Shown one piece after another: positions 1 to 8,378 of a stretch of DNA of 10,865 bases. Source of the DNA: Candidatus Cloacimonadota bacterium (lineage in GTDB: Bacteria > Cloacimonadota > Cloacimonadia > Cloacimonadales > WRIO01); the NCBI GenBank assembly GCA_029564175.1, contig JAKQQL010000156.1:1-10865 (forward strand). The letters run 5' to 3'. The stretch's first letter is position 1, and each line of letters opens with the position of its first letter. A program made the translations under genes and the position numbers. Under the pieces are notes generated by a model. The model worked only from the letters and a program-made list of their open reading frames with translations, had not been told where the DNA came from and made no database searches.

Positions 1-1
1 C

Positions 2-313
2 GATGCGATGGCTCAGGGAAAAAGCAAACAGGTAATGGGAGAATTGTTTACCAAATTAGCAAATTATGCCGTTGAGCATTTTACCCTTGAAGAAAAACTG
101 ATGTTTGAGAATAGTTACCCTGATTATATTTCTCATAAAAATGCGCATACTGATTTCGTAAAAAAAGTAACTGAATCACGAAATTCTTTTGAAGCAGGTA
201 AATTCCTGATTTCTATAGAGGTGATGAATTTTTTGAAAGACTGGCTGATGGGTCATATCATGGGTGTTGACCAAAGATATTCTGCCTTTTTAAACGAAAA
301 AGGGATTAGATAA
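2..313 (+). CDS. Hemerythrin-domain protein (bacteriohemerythrin-like), 5'-truncated by the window edge
   Basis: Di-iron ligand motifs HFTLEE (HxxxE), HKNAH (HxxxH) and WLMGHIMGVD (HxxxxD). The frame is open to the left edge (GAT GCG ATG = D-A-M) and the first His helix is missing, so the ATG at 8 is probably internal. Cannot tell a stand-alone protein from a C-terminal domain. Confidence 0.9.
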   Translation, partial: DAMAQGKSKQVMGELFTKLANYAVEHFTLEEKLMFENSYPDYISHKNAHTDFVKKVTESRNSFEAGKFLISIEVMNFLKDWLMGHIMGVDQRYSAFLNEKGIR

Positions 314-344
314 AGCATTTTTATAAGCATTCCAGTTTAAAACA

Positions 345-372
345 TCAGTATTATGAAGCTGGATAATACTGA
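345..372. repeat. Perfect 10-bp inverted repeat with 8-nt spacer
   Basis: TCAGTATTAT (345-354) - GAAGCTGG - ATAATACTGA (363-372). It is followed by A's rather than T's on +, so it is not a classical intrinsic terminator. Confidence 0.55.
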
Positions 373-414
373 AAAAGTAGCAATAGCTATTAATGGATTT
401 ATAAAGGACATTTA

Positions 415-1479
415 ATGAATAAAAAAATACTTGCCTTCCTGATCAGTTTAAATTTTTTATTAACTTTATGGGGGGTAACTATTTCCGAAATTGAAAATGC
501 CTATATTGATGGGGATCTTCATATTAACCATAATTTTCTGAGAATATCTGCCTCTGACAATCCGGATTTGTTAGCCTGTAAGCTTTTTTATAATGCAAAA
601 CTGAATACATTACTTAGCAAAGGAAAGACTTATTATTCTCAATCATATCAAAAATCTCCTAAATCAAAGTATGGACAGTTAAGTAATATGGAACTGGCAA
701 AACTTGATTTTTTTAATCGCGATTATGAAAATGCACTTGAAAAACTCAAAAATATTGATTTGATTACAGAACGCTATTACTGGCAGGCACGGGTCTATTT
801 TTTACAAAAAAAATGGGCACATACCATAATTTGTGCTGAGAATTATCTGGATAATGAAGAAAATGGGGATTTTTCTCTTGAACTCCGTGCACTACTTTTA
901 GATGTTTATCTGGTTCAGAATAATCTGAATGCGTTTTTAGCAGTTAAGGAGAAGATGCATACGTCATCTAATTTTTCTGATTTAGAGGCTTATACTTTGT
1001 ATAAAGAAGGCTTGCTTTATGAGAAACAGAATGAATTAAGCAAGGCAATTGAAACGCTTCGACTGATAGTGGATAAATATCCAAAGAGTCAGTATCGTGT
1101 TTATGCTGATGATTTGATTCTTGATTACAATAAACGTATGCAACAAACAGTAAAACCCGCCATTACTGAAACTGAAACAAATATCTCTCAACCACAGATT
1201 CCAAAATCAGGCAGTAGTAAAAAACACATTTCATTTTCTGAATTGGAAAAAGGAAAATCATATCTGCAATATGGTTTATTTAGTACTCCTAAAGCAGCTG
1301 AAAATTATAAACAACAGCTTGAATCTCGAGGTATAAGCCTTTTTGTGATAACAAAGACGGTAAACGATAAAGAATACTTTGCGCTCATACAGGGTCCTTT
1401 TACCTCCAAAGAATCTGCGAATACCTTTCTGGCTAATGTTAAAAATAATAATATCAATGCCTTTTTATTTATCCCCTGA
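415..1479 (+). CDS. Secreted TPR-repeat + C-terminal SPOR (peptidoglycan-binding) domain protein
   Basis: N-terminal signal-like segment (MNKKILAFLISLNFLLTLWG); TPR-like helices (YYWQARVYFLQKKW, TLYKEGLLYEKQNELSKAIETLRLIVDKYPKS); Pro/Thr/Ser linker; SPOR pattern YLQYGLFSTPKAAE...IQGPFTSKESA. AAGGA RBS upstream. Confidence 0.8.
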   Translation: MNKKILAFLISLNFLLTLWGVTISEIENAYIDGDLHINHNFLRISASDNPDLLACKLFYNAKLNTLLSKGKTYYSQSYQKSPKSKYGQLSNMELAKLDFFNRDYENALEKLKNIDLITERYYWQARVYFLQKKWAHTIICAENYLDNEENGDFSLELRALLLDVYLVQNNLNAFLAVKEKMHTSSNFSDLEAYTLYKEGLLYEKQNELSKAIETLRLIVDKYPKSQYRVYADDLILDYNKRMQQTVKPAITETETNISQPQIPKSGSSKKHISFSELEKGKSYLQYGLFSTPKAAENYKQQLESRGISLFVITKTVNDKEYFALIQGPFTSKESANTFLANVKNNNINAFLFIP

Positions 1480-1526
1480 TAACAAAGGAATCATTTATTC
1501 CAATTTAAGATAAGGATCTCAATTCT

Positions 1527-4175
1527 ATGTCTGGTGACCAAAAATCAACTCCCCTGATGAAACAATACCTGGACGTTAAGTCCAAGCATCCTGATAAGCT
1601 TATACTATTTCGTATGGGCGATTTTTATGAAACTTTCTATGATGATGCAAAAGTCGCTTCTAAAATTTTAGGCATTACCCTTACCAAACGTAACAAAAAT
1701 GATGAAGATGCACCACACCTGGCAGGATTTCCTTATCATGCACTGGATAACTATCTCGATAAACTCGTCAAAAGTGGTAATAAAATTGTGATTGTGGAAC
1801 AGGTAGAAGATCCAAAACTGGCTAAGGGTTTGGTAAAAAGAGAAATTGTTGAGATTATAACGCCAGGTGCAATTCTGGATGAAAAACTCATCACCAGAAA
1901 AGATAATGTTTTTTTGGCTTCTGTTCATTGGGAAAAGAACAGTCAAAAAATTGGTTATGCCTGTCTGGATATTTCAACAGGTGATTTCCGTTTTACTGAA
2001 CTCAATCAGGCAGTACTCAGAGATGAATTGCTAAGAACTCAACCTCGTGAAATTGTGGTAAGAACATCTGATCAGAAAGCCATTTTAGAAGATTTAAGAC
2101 TGGATTATCAACCGGCTTTAAGCATTTATGATACCTGGCATTATGAATATTCTGAAGCTAAAAAACTGATTAAAGATCATTTTCATGTGATTTCGTTGGA
2201 AAGTCTGGGTATTCAGAATAAACACAGTGGCCTTGTTGCTTCAGCAGTAGCTTTGAGTTACATTAAATCTTTGCGTTCTGAAGACCTGAACCATATTACC
2301 GCATTAAATTACTATTCGCTTGATCATTATATGCAGATTGATGAGGTATCACGTCGTAATCTTGAACTGCTGCGTTCGATGAGAACGAATGACAGGGAAG
2401 CCAGTCTGTTATCTGTAATTGATGAAACCATGACCCCTATGGGTGCCAGACTGTTGACGCATTATCTGCAGTACCCACTCATGGATAAGGAACTGATAGG
2501 CATGAGATTGGATGCCGTTGATGCTTTTAAGGATAATATCGCTTTTACCAGAGATTTGAGAACAATTCTGCATGAAATTGGCGATTTAAGCCGTATTATC
2601 AGCCGGCTTGCCACACTCAGAGCCAATGCCCGTGATATTGCTGTACTTGGCACTTATTTACAAACGGCTCCCATGATTCAGGAATTATTGAAACATTTTG
2701 ACTGTGAATTAATCAATCTCTTAGGCAACAGTATTCAAAATTATACTGAAATTGTAGAAAAGATCAATCATCATATCATTGAAAATCCGCCTATGACTAT
2801 TACTGATGGCAATATTATCAATATCGGCATTCACCCTGAACTGGATGAACTTCGTGCGATCAGTCGGGACGGAAAAGGCTGGATTGCTCGTTTGGAAGAA
2901 TCCGAGAAACAAAAGACAGGGATTCCAACCTTAAAGATTGGTTTTAATAAAGTCTTTGGTTATTATATAGAAATTACCCGGCAACACAAAGAAAAAATAC
3001 CTGAATATTACATCGCCAAACAAACCCTTGTTAATGCCGAACGATACATCTCTCCTCAGTTGAAAGAACATGAATCCAGAGTCTTAGGGGCAGAGGAAAG
3101 AATTAAAAATCTGGAATATGAAATTTTTACCAAACTCCGACTGGAACTGGCAGAAAAAGTACCGATGATACAGGCTTATATTGACATAATTGCTCAGTTG
3201 GATGTTTTATCAAACTTTGCCTTTATAGCGCATCAGAATCGTTATAACAGACCGAAATTCAATGAAGAGGGTATTCTGGAGCTCAATGCCTGCCGTCATC
3301 CGGTGATTGAGAAACTGTTAAAAGATGAACAGTTTATCCCTAATGATGTTTCGTTGAATGATGAGGATTTTAAAATTGCCTTGATTACCGGTCCGAATAT
3401 GGCAGGTAAATCTACTTATTTAAGGCAGATAGGTTTAATTGTTATTATGGCTCAGATGGGCTGTTTTGTGCCTTGTGATTCAGCAAATATGCCGGTTTTT
3501 GACAAGGTATTCACCCGTGTTGGTGCTTCAGATAATCTGGCGCAGGGTCAGAGTACTTTCCTCGTGGAAATGATCGAAACTGCCAACATTCTGCACTCAG
3601 CAACGCCTGCTTCTTTAATTCTGCTGGATGAAATCGGCAGAGGAACTAGTACTTTTGATGGCTTGTCTTTAGCGTGGTCGATTGTGGAATTTATTCACAA
3701 TAATCCCAAAATCAATGCCAAGACACTCTTTGCTACCCATTATCATGAGCTGACCGAACTGGAGAATATCATGTCAGGTGTCAAAAACTTTAATGTGGCA
3801 GTTCGTGAATGGAATGATCAGATTATCTTTTTGAGAAAGATAGAGAGAGGTGGCGCTGATCAGAGTTATGGTATTCAGGTAGCGCGTTTGGCTGGTGTCC
3901 CTCAGAAAGTGATCAGTAGAGCCAAACAGATTTTGAAGAATCTGGAAGCCATTGAGATCAGTCCTCAGGGTTTGACTGCCAGAATTAAGAAATCGCTAAA
4001 TCAGACGCAACAGATGAACCTCTTCGACCTGATTGTGGAAGAGACCGAAGAAAAAGATAAAAAATTACAGGAACTGAAAGACAGTATCCTGGACCTAAAC
4101 ATAGACGAATTGACCCCTTTGCAAGCTCTGCAAAAACTCAATGAGCTGAAGCGTATTCTGACAGAAGATGAATAG
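1527..4175 (+). CDS. mutS: DNA mismatch repair protein MutS (MutS1)
   Basis: 882 aa. TPLMKQY, FRMGDFYE mismatch-binding Phe-X-Glu motif, Walker A GPNMAGKST, STFLVEM, Walker B LDEIGRG, FATHY, HTH SYGIQVARLAGVP, and clamp-binding-like QMNLF near the C-terminus. Confidence 0.99.
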   Translation: MSGDQKSTPLMKQYLDVKSKHPDKLILFRMGDFYETFYDDAKVASKILGITLTKRNKNDEDAPHLAGFPYHALDNYLDKLVKSGNKIVIVEQVEDPKLAKGLVKREIVEIITPGAILDEKLITRKDNVFLASVHWEKNSQKIGYACLDISTGDFRFTELNQAVLRDELLRTQPREIVVRTSDQKAILEDLRLDYQPALSIYDTWHYEYSEAKKLIKDHFHVISLESLGIQNKHSGLVASAVALSYIKSLRSEDLNHITALNYYSLDHYMQIDEVSRRNLELLRSMRTNDREASLLSVIDETMTPMGARLLTHYLQYPLMDKELIGMRLDAVDAFKDNIAFTRDLRTILHEIGDLSRIISRLATLRANARDIAVLGTYLQTAPMIQELLKHFDCELINLLGNSIQNYTEIVEKINHHIIENPPMTITDGNIINIGIHPELDELRAISRDGKGWIARLEESEKQKTGIPTLKIGFNKVFGYYIEITRQHKEKIPEYYIAKQTLVNAERYISPQLKEHESRVLGAEERIKNLEYEIFTKLRLELAEKVPMIQAYIDIIAQLDVLSNFAFIAHQNRYNRPKFNEEGILELNACRHPVIEKLLKDEQFIPNDVSLNDEDFKIALITGPNMAGKSTYLRQIGLIVIMAQMGCFVPCDSANMPVFDKVFTRVGASDNLAQGQSTFLVEMIETANILHSATPASLILLDEIGRGTSTFDGLSLAWSIVEFIHNNPKINAKTLFATHYHELTELENIMSGVKNFNVAVREWNDQIIFLRKIERGGADQSYGIQVARLAGVPQKVISRAKQILKNLEAIEISPQGLTARIKKSLNQTQQMNLFDLIVEETEEKDKKLQELKDSILDLNIDELTPLQALQKLNELKRILTEDE

Positions 4176-4179
4176 TGTT

Positions 4180-4276
4180 GTAGGGCAAGCTACCAGCTTG
4201 TCAAGAATTGATGTAGGGCAAGCAATCTGCTTGTTACAAAGAGTGATATTTCGCAAGCTGGTAGCTTGCGATACAA
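4180..4276. repeat. Cluster of three REP-like palindromes (BIME-like)
   Basis: GTAG-GGCAAGCT-ACC-AGCTTGTC (4180-4202, +), GTAG-GGCAAGCA-ATC-TGCTTGTT (4213-4235, +) and TCGCAAGCT-GGT-AGCTTGCGA-TAC (4251-4274; minus strand reads GTA-TCGCAAGCTACCAGCTTGCGA). 4249-4276 recurs at 9815-9842 with 27/28 identity. Confidence 0.85.
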
Positions 4277-4291
4277 ATCAAGGAGCCCAAA

Positions 4292-5293
4292 ATGGAAGTA
4301 TATAGTATATTAAGAAAAAAGGCATCTATGCTGATATTGGATCAAACGCTTTTGCCTCAGACTGAAAAACAAATAGAGATTACAGATTACAGGCAGATGA
4401 TAGAAGCCATCAAAGCCCTCAGAATCAGAGGCGCTCCGGCAATTGGTATTGCTGCTGCCGGTGCTGCCTGGATGGCAGGACTGGAATTTGAAAAAGAGAA
4501 CCACTTTAAAGAAAAATTACTCAAAGCAGTAGCTGAAATTGAAGCTTCCAGACCAACAGCGGTTAATCTGTTTCATGCATGTACCCGTGTCAGAGAACTA
4601 ATTGCTCTCACAACAGAAGATAAACTGGTATTTGAACTTTTTGAATACCTGGATTCTCTTTTTCATTATGAGTATAATTCCTGCAATCAGATGGCTGAAA
4701 ATGGTTTTGAGTATATCCCCAAAGAATTTACCCGTTTTTTGACTCACTGCAATACCGGTGGATTGGCGACTTATGGGATTGGCACAGCTTTGGGTGTGAT
4801 TCGCAGGATTGCCAAAGACCGTGAGATTAAAGTATTTGCTGATGAGACCCGACCCTTATTGCAGGGTTCGCGTTTGACCATGTGGGAGTTAAAGAAGTCA
4901 AACATACCAGCTGTATTGATTTCAGATAATATGGCTGCACATACGATTAAAACCCAGAAGATAGACTGTATTATAACCGGTGCGGACCGGATTTGTAAAA
5001 ACGGAGATTCTGCCAATAAAATTGGCACCATGAATTTGGCTATCTTAGCGGATTATTACAAAATACCATTTTACATCGTTGCTCCGGAAAGTACGATAGA
5101 CCGGCATCTGGAACATGGTGATCAGATCGAAATTGAACAAAGAAATGCAGATGAAGTCAGTCATCTCAGGGGACAACAGATTTCACCTGAGAATATTGAA
5201 GTTTTTAACCCGGCTTTTGATGTGAGTCCTGCTCATCTGATTAAAGCTATTATTACAGAGAAGAAAGTTTATGAATACCCATACCAGTTCTAA
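4292..5293 (+). CDS. mtnA: S-methyl-5-thioribose-1-phosphate isomerase (eIF-2B-like family)
   Basis: LDQTLLP, IRGAPAIG, SRPTAVNL, LTHCNTG, ETRPLLQGSRLT, GADRI, GDSANKIGT and NPAFDV motifs. AGGAG RBS at 4281-4285. Confidence 0.95.
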   Translation: MEVYSILRKKASMLILDQTLLPQTEKQIEITDYRQMIEAIKALRIRGAPAIGIAAAGAAWMAGLEFEKENHFKEKLLKAVAEIEASRPTAVNLFHACTRVRELIALTTEDKLVFELFEYLDSLFHYEYNSCNQMAENGFEYIPKEFTRFLTHCNTGGLATYGIGTALGVIRRIAKDREIKVFADETRPLLQGSRLTMWELKKSNIPAVLISDNMAAHTIKTQKIDCIITGADRICKNGDSANKIGTMNLAILADYYKIPFYIVAPESTIDRHLEHGDQIEIEQRNADEVSHLRGQQISPENIEVFNPAFDVSPAHLIKAIITEKKVYEYPYQF

Positions 5294-6419
5294 AGTCTAT
5301 ATTAAAGCCATTGAACAATATGACATTAAACAGATACTGAACTATTTTCGTGAGACACTTGCACTTGAACCATTTAAAAGCAAGCTGGACAAAGTACATA
5401 AAATCTTGATTAAACCTAATATGCTGGGTGCTCATCATCCGGATAAGGCGGTTACCACTCACCCTGCAGTTCTTGAAGCGATGATTCTCTTTTTAAAAGA
5501 ACAGGGTAAAGGGATTTGGGTAGGAGACAGTCCGGGCGGTATTGTTTCAGCTGAAAAGGTCTGGAAAGACACCGGACTGGGTGAAGTCTGTGTTCGACAT
5601 AATATCCCTTTGCTTGATTTTGGAAAGAACGGCATGGTTCACAAGACGATTAACGGAACAGATTATCATTTTGAAAAGATAGTGTTTGAAGTCGATGGTA
5701 TTATCAATCTGGCAAAGATGAAGACGCATAGCCTGATGCTATACACCGGCTGTGTCAAGAATTTCTATGGACTGATACCGGGTTTATTCAAATCCGAACT
5801 GCATAAACGCTTTCCTCAACCCAAGGATTTCTCTCAGGTGATCATTGATATTTACTCACATATCCAGGACAGGATTCTTTTTAATGTATTGGATGGTATT
5901 GTAGGGATGGAAGGCGAAGGTCCTTCTGCCGGAAAACCGCGTGCCTTTAAAAGACTGTTTATCTCAGAAACAGCACCTGCACTTGACTATGCTGCTTCCC
6001 GAATGATGGGCTTTCAGATAGAACAACTGGATTATCTGAATCAATTATTACAGAATATATCGCTTAATCTGAAAGATATTGAGATAGAAGAGGCTTTTAA
6101 AAATGAGATACTTACCGATGTGGCGATCAAGGAAGTTCAGTTCAGAAAGCGTTTTCTGGATTCTCTGCCTTCTTCAATCAAAAAAGTCTTTAATCTGCTG
6201 TTTAACTATTATCCCTATTTTGACAATACCTGTAAAAAGTGCGGTATCTGCGTCAAGAGCTGTCCCATGTCAGCACTTTCTTTGGAGGGTAAAGCCAAGA
6301 AGCCGACACTAATCAAAAGCAAATGTATCAAGTGTATGTGTTGTCATGAACTCTGCCCATTTCATGCAGTAACTATCCGGAAAACCTTTCTGGCAAGATT
6401 ATTTTTGAAACAGATGTGA
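5271..6419 (+). CDS. DUF362-domain protein with C-terminal 2x[4Fe-4S] ferredoxin-like domain
   Basis: LIKPN, TTHP, GDSPG, KMKTH, KNFYG and GMEGEGP motifs typical of DUF362; C-terminal CKKCGICVKSCP and CIKCMCCHELCP. The start overlaps the mtnA 3' end by 23 nt. Confidence 0.9.
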   Translation: MNTHTSSKVYIKAIEQYDIKQILNYFRETLALEPFKSKLDKVHKILIKPNMLGAHHPDKAVTTHPAVLEAMILFLKEQGKGIWVGDSPGGIVSAEKVWKDTGLGEVCVRHNIPLLDFGKNGMVHKTINGTDYHFEKIVFEVDGIINLAKMKTHSLMLYTGCVKNFYGLIPGLFKSELHKRFPQPKDFSQVIIDIYSHIQDRILFNVLDGIVGMEGEGPSAGKPRAFKRLFISETAPALDYAASRMMGFQIEQLDYLNQLLQNISLNLKDIEIEEAFKNEILTDVAIKEVQFRKRFLDSLPSSIKKVFNLLFNYYPYFDNTCKKCGICVKSCPMSALSLEGKAKKPTLIKSKCIKCMCCHELCPFHAVTIRKTFLARLFLKQM

Positions 6420-6534
6420 GTCTTTTAGACGCGGATTACACAGATTAAGGCGGATAGTATTTTATGTCTTGTTATTATTATAAGTTCGTATGTCTTTAAA
6501 ATGCTTCTTTTAAACAAGAATGTAAAAACGGTCC

Positions 6535-6673
6535 GTAGGGATGTGCGAAACGGAGCTTGCGGAGTGCCGTACATCCGGAAAACAAAAAATATAAACACTC
6601 TGAGAAATATTTCAAACAGTTATTCAAAGCGGATTTATGGCATTTCACTTCGATTCATTTCGCAAATCCCTAC
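6535..6673. repeat. Inverted doublet of GTAG-type REP-like units (REPIN-like) around a 52-nt AT-rich spacer
   Basis: Arm 1 (6535-6577) GTAGGGATGTGCGAAA...TGCCGTACATCCG. Reverse complement of arm 2 (6630-6673) GTAGGGATTTGCGAAA...TGCCATAAATCCG. The first 16 nt match 15/16 and the last 13 nt match 11/13, and each arm folds on itself after GTAG. Confidence 0.8.
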
Positions 6674-6793
6674 AAGCCTTCTAAAAAAATGCTGTTTAAG
6701 TCAATTAAGATTTTTGATAGATCACAAATTGGATGTATTATTAAAACTCTGAGTAGTACATTATTAAATAAATGAATAATAATAGGAGTGATT

Positions 6794-7921
6794 ATGAACA
6801 AACATGTTTTTAGACTATTTTTGCTTATGATGGCTGTATTGGTTTTAATGTCATGTTCAAAAAAGACCACAGAGTTTGCAATGGCTCCTTCACCAGTGAT
6901 CAGTCCTGCAGGTGGTGTTTATACATCAGCCCAAACTGTAACGATATCATGTTCTTTAGCCGATGCTGAGATTCATTATACAACTGACGGATCTGTACCA
7001 AACTACTTATCCGATTTATATACCGCTCCGATATTGGTAAACCAATCACAAACGATTAAAGCGATTGCCTTATGCCCCGATTATATACCAAGTACTGTTA
7101 CTTCAGTTGTTTATTTTTTAGATACGAATCCTTTCTCAAATTTAGTTTTTGCTCAAGGTGGCGTATTTGAAATGGGTGATACAACTGCATTTATAGATGA
7201 AGAGCCGATACATCTTGTTACTTTAGATTCTTTTTATATAGGTAAATATGAAGTCATTCAGGCTGAATGGCAGTCTGTAATGACGGGGAATACGAATAAT
7301 ATTTCTACCACACCTTCAAATTTTTCCAATAATCCTACTCATCCGGTAGAGCGTGTTTCCTGGTATGATGTATTGGTTTATTGTAACCGAAGAAGTCTTC
7401 AGGCAGGATTGACTCCCTGTTATGAAAAAGCAGGTGATACAAATCCCAATAATTGGGGATTCGTACCAACAAGTAACAATACAGCGTGGAACGCTATTAC
7501 CTGTAATATGAATGCCAATGGTTATCGTTTGCCCACAGAAGCTGAATGGGAGTTTGCAGCCAGAGGAGGAAATATATCACAGAAGTATCGCTATTCAGGA
7601 TCAAATACTGCAAGTAATGTTGCCTGGTATTATAATATTAGTTCAGATGGCACAAAACAGGTAGGTCTCAAAGGCATGAATTATCTGGGTACTTATGATA
7701 TGAGTGGAAATGTATATGAATGGTGTTGGGATTGGGATGGCACATACCCTTCTAATGATCAGACAAATCCATTAGGACCGTCAAGCGGGTCAATGAGGAT
7801 AGCCCGTGGCGGTAGCTGGGGCAGTACTGCCTATGATTGCAGGGTATCGGCTCGTGGGAGCGCCAATCAGAGTGGTCGTTTTGGCAGTATAGGCTTCCGT
7901 GTTGTCAGACGAGATTTGTAA
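6794..7921 (+). CDS. Lipoprotein with CHB_HEX_C/Fn3-associated domain and FGE-sulfatase (SUMF1-like, C-type-lectin fold) domain; candidate DGR target, copy 1
   Basis: AGGAG (6784-6788) favours the ATG at 6794 over the GTG at 6788. Lipobox LMS-C; PVISPAGGVY...IHYTTDGSVP; GKYEV, PVERVSWYD, YRLPTEAEWEFAARGG, YDMSGNVYEWCWDW, RGGSW, GFRVVR. Lacks the catalytic Cys pair of true formylglycine-generating enzymes. Confidence 0.92.
   Translation: MNKHVFRLFLLMMAVLVLMSCSKKTTEFAMAPSPVISPAGGVYTSAQTVTISCSLADAEIHYTTDGSVPNYLSDLYTAPILVNQSQTIKAIALCPDYIPSTVTSVVYFLDTNPFSNLVFAQGGVFEMGDTTAFIDEEPIHLVTLDSFYIGKYEVIQAEWQSVMTGNTNNISTTPSNFSNNPTHPVERVSWYDVLVYCNRRSLQAGLTPCYEKAGDTNPNNWGFVPTSNNTAWNAITCNMNANGYRLPTEAEWEFAARGGNISQKYRYSGSNTASNVAWYYNISSDGTKQVGLKGMNYLGTYDMSGNVYEWCWDWDGTYPSNDQTNPLGPSSGSMRIARGGSWGSTAYDCRVSARGSANQSGRFGSIGFRVVRRDL
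7805..7909 (+). other. DGR variable-region-like segment, copy 1
   Basis: RGGSW...C...R...GFRVVR scaffold at the extreme 3' end. 14 of the 15 positions that are AAY in typical CLec templates are NNY here, and all 4 Ser at those positions are AGY. No template repeat is visible in the window. Confidence 0.5.
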
Positions 7922-7948
7922 TAATTATCTATATTTTTTACATGTGAT

Positions 7949-8131
7949 CTTGCTTTCTTTCTCTTGAAAGAAATAAAGTAAGCAAAGAAAGTTCAAACCC
8001 ACAATAAAAATCCTATCTTTGGTAACTCTCTTGGACTCCACCGCAAACTTGCTGATTGTTTAGCAGACATGAAAGTGAACTATCAACTTCAAACATGCGG
8101 CATTTCGCACCCAATAGAGTTTCCCTAAGAT
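7949..8131 (+). ncRNA. Structured non-coding element with 5' pseudoknot, Flavo-1-like
   Basis: P1 CTTGCTTT-c-TTTCT (7949-7962) / AGAAA-t-AAAGTAAG (7969-7982); loop TTGAA (7964-7968) pairs with TTCAA (7992-7996). Nested stems ATCTT/AAGAT, AACTCTCTTGG (8024-8034)/CCAATAGAGTT (8111-8121), CCGCA (8041-8045)/TGCGG (8096-8100) and TGCTGA/TTAGCA, with AAACT and TCAAACA flanking the inner junction. The family assignment is from recalled resemblance, not a search. Confidence 0.6.
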
Positions 8132-8282
8132 TTAACTGATATTAATAAAGGTGCATTTAAAAAACTACCGCTATGGAGATGAAGCTATTTTCTTGAAGTC
8201 ATAAGATACACTTGTTTGCCTCTAAGGTATAAAGAATGAACAGTCTCCTTTCTATTGAGATTAAAATGTTCTAAGAAAGAAC

Positions 8283-8310
8283 TTGACTGTTTAATCTGGT
8301 GTTTTATTTT
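8283..8310 (+). promoter_or_regulatory. Possible sigma70-type promoter for the second lipoprotein gene
   Basis: TTGACT (8283-8288), 16-nt spacer, TATTTT (8305-8310), about 70 nt upstream of the ATG at 8379. The -10 box is weak and the background is AT-rich. Confidence 0.3.
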
Positions 8311-8378
8311 ACCCATTAAGAAAATGATAATCCGCATTGAAAATAAATTAAAAGATAGTTTGGATAAAAGGAGTGATT

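Noticed and set aside
1527..4175. MutS as a DGR accessory (MutS-like) gene
   Set aside because: It is a full-length canonical MutS1 with all domains, embedded in a housekeeping run and separated from the lectin genes by two genes.
4180..4276. CRISPR array
   Set aside because: Only 2-3 units in mixed orientation, 10-15-nt spacers and no cas genes. This fits REP elements.
6788..6793. GTG starts at 6788 and 8373 given by the ORF track
   Set aside because: The GTG overlaps the AGGAG Shine-Dalgarno itself. The ATG six bases later has proper spacing in both paralogues.
6501..6870. Short ORFs 6501-6752, 6557-6775 and 6670-6870 (-)
   Set aside because: They run across the REPIN-like element and AT-rich spacer, lack convincing RBSs and motifs, and overlap each other.
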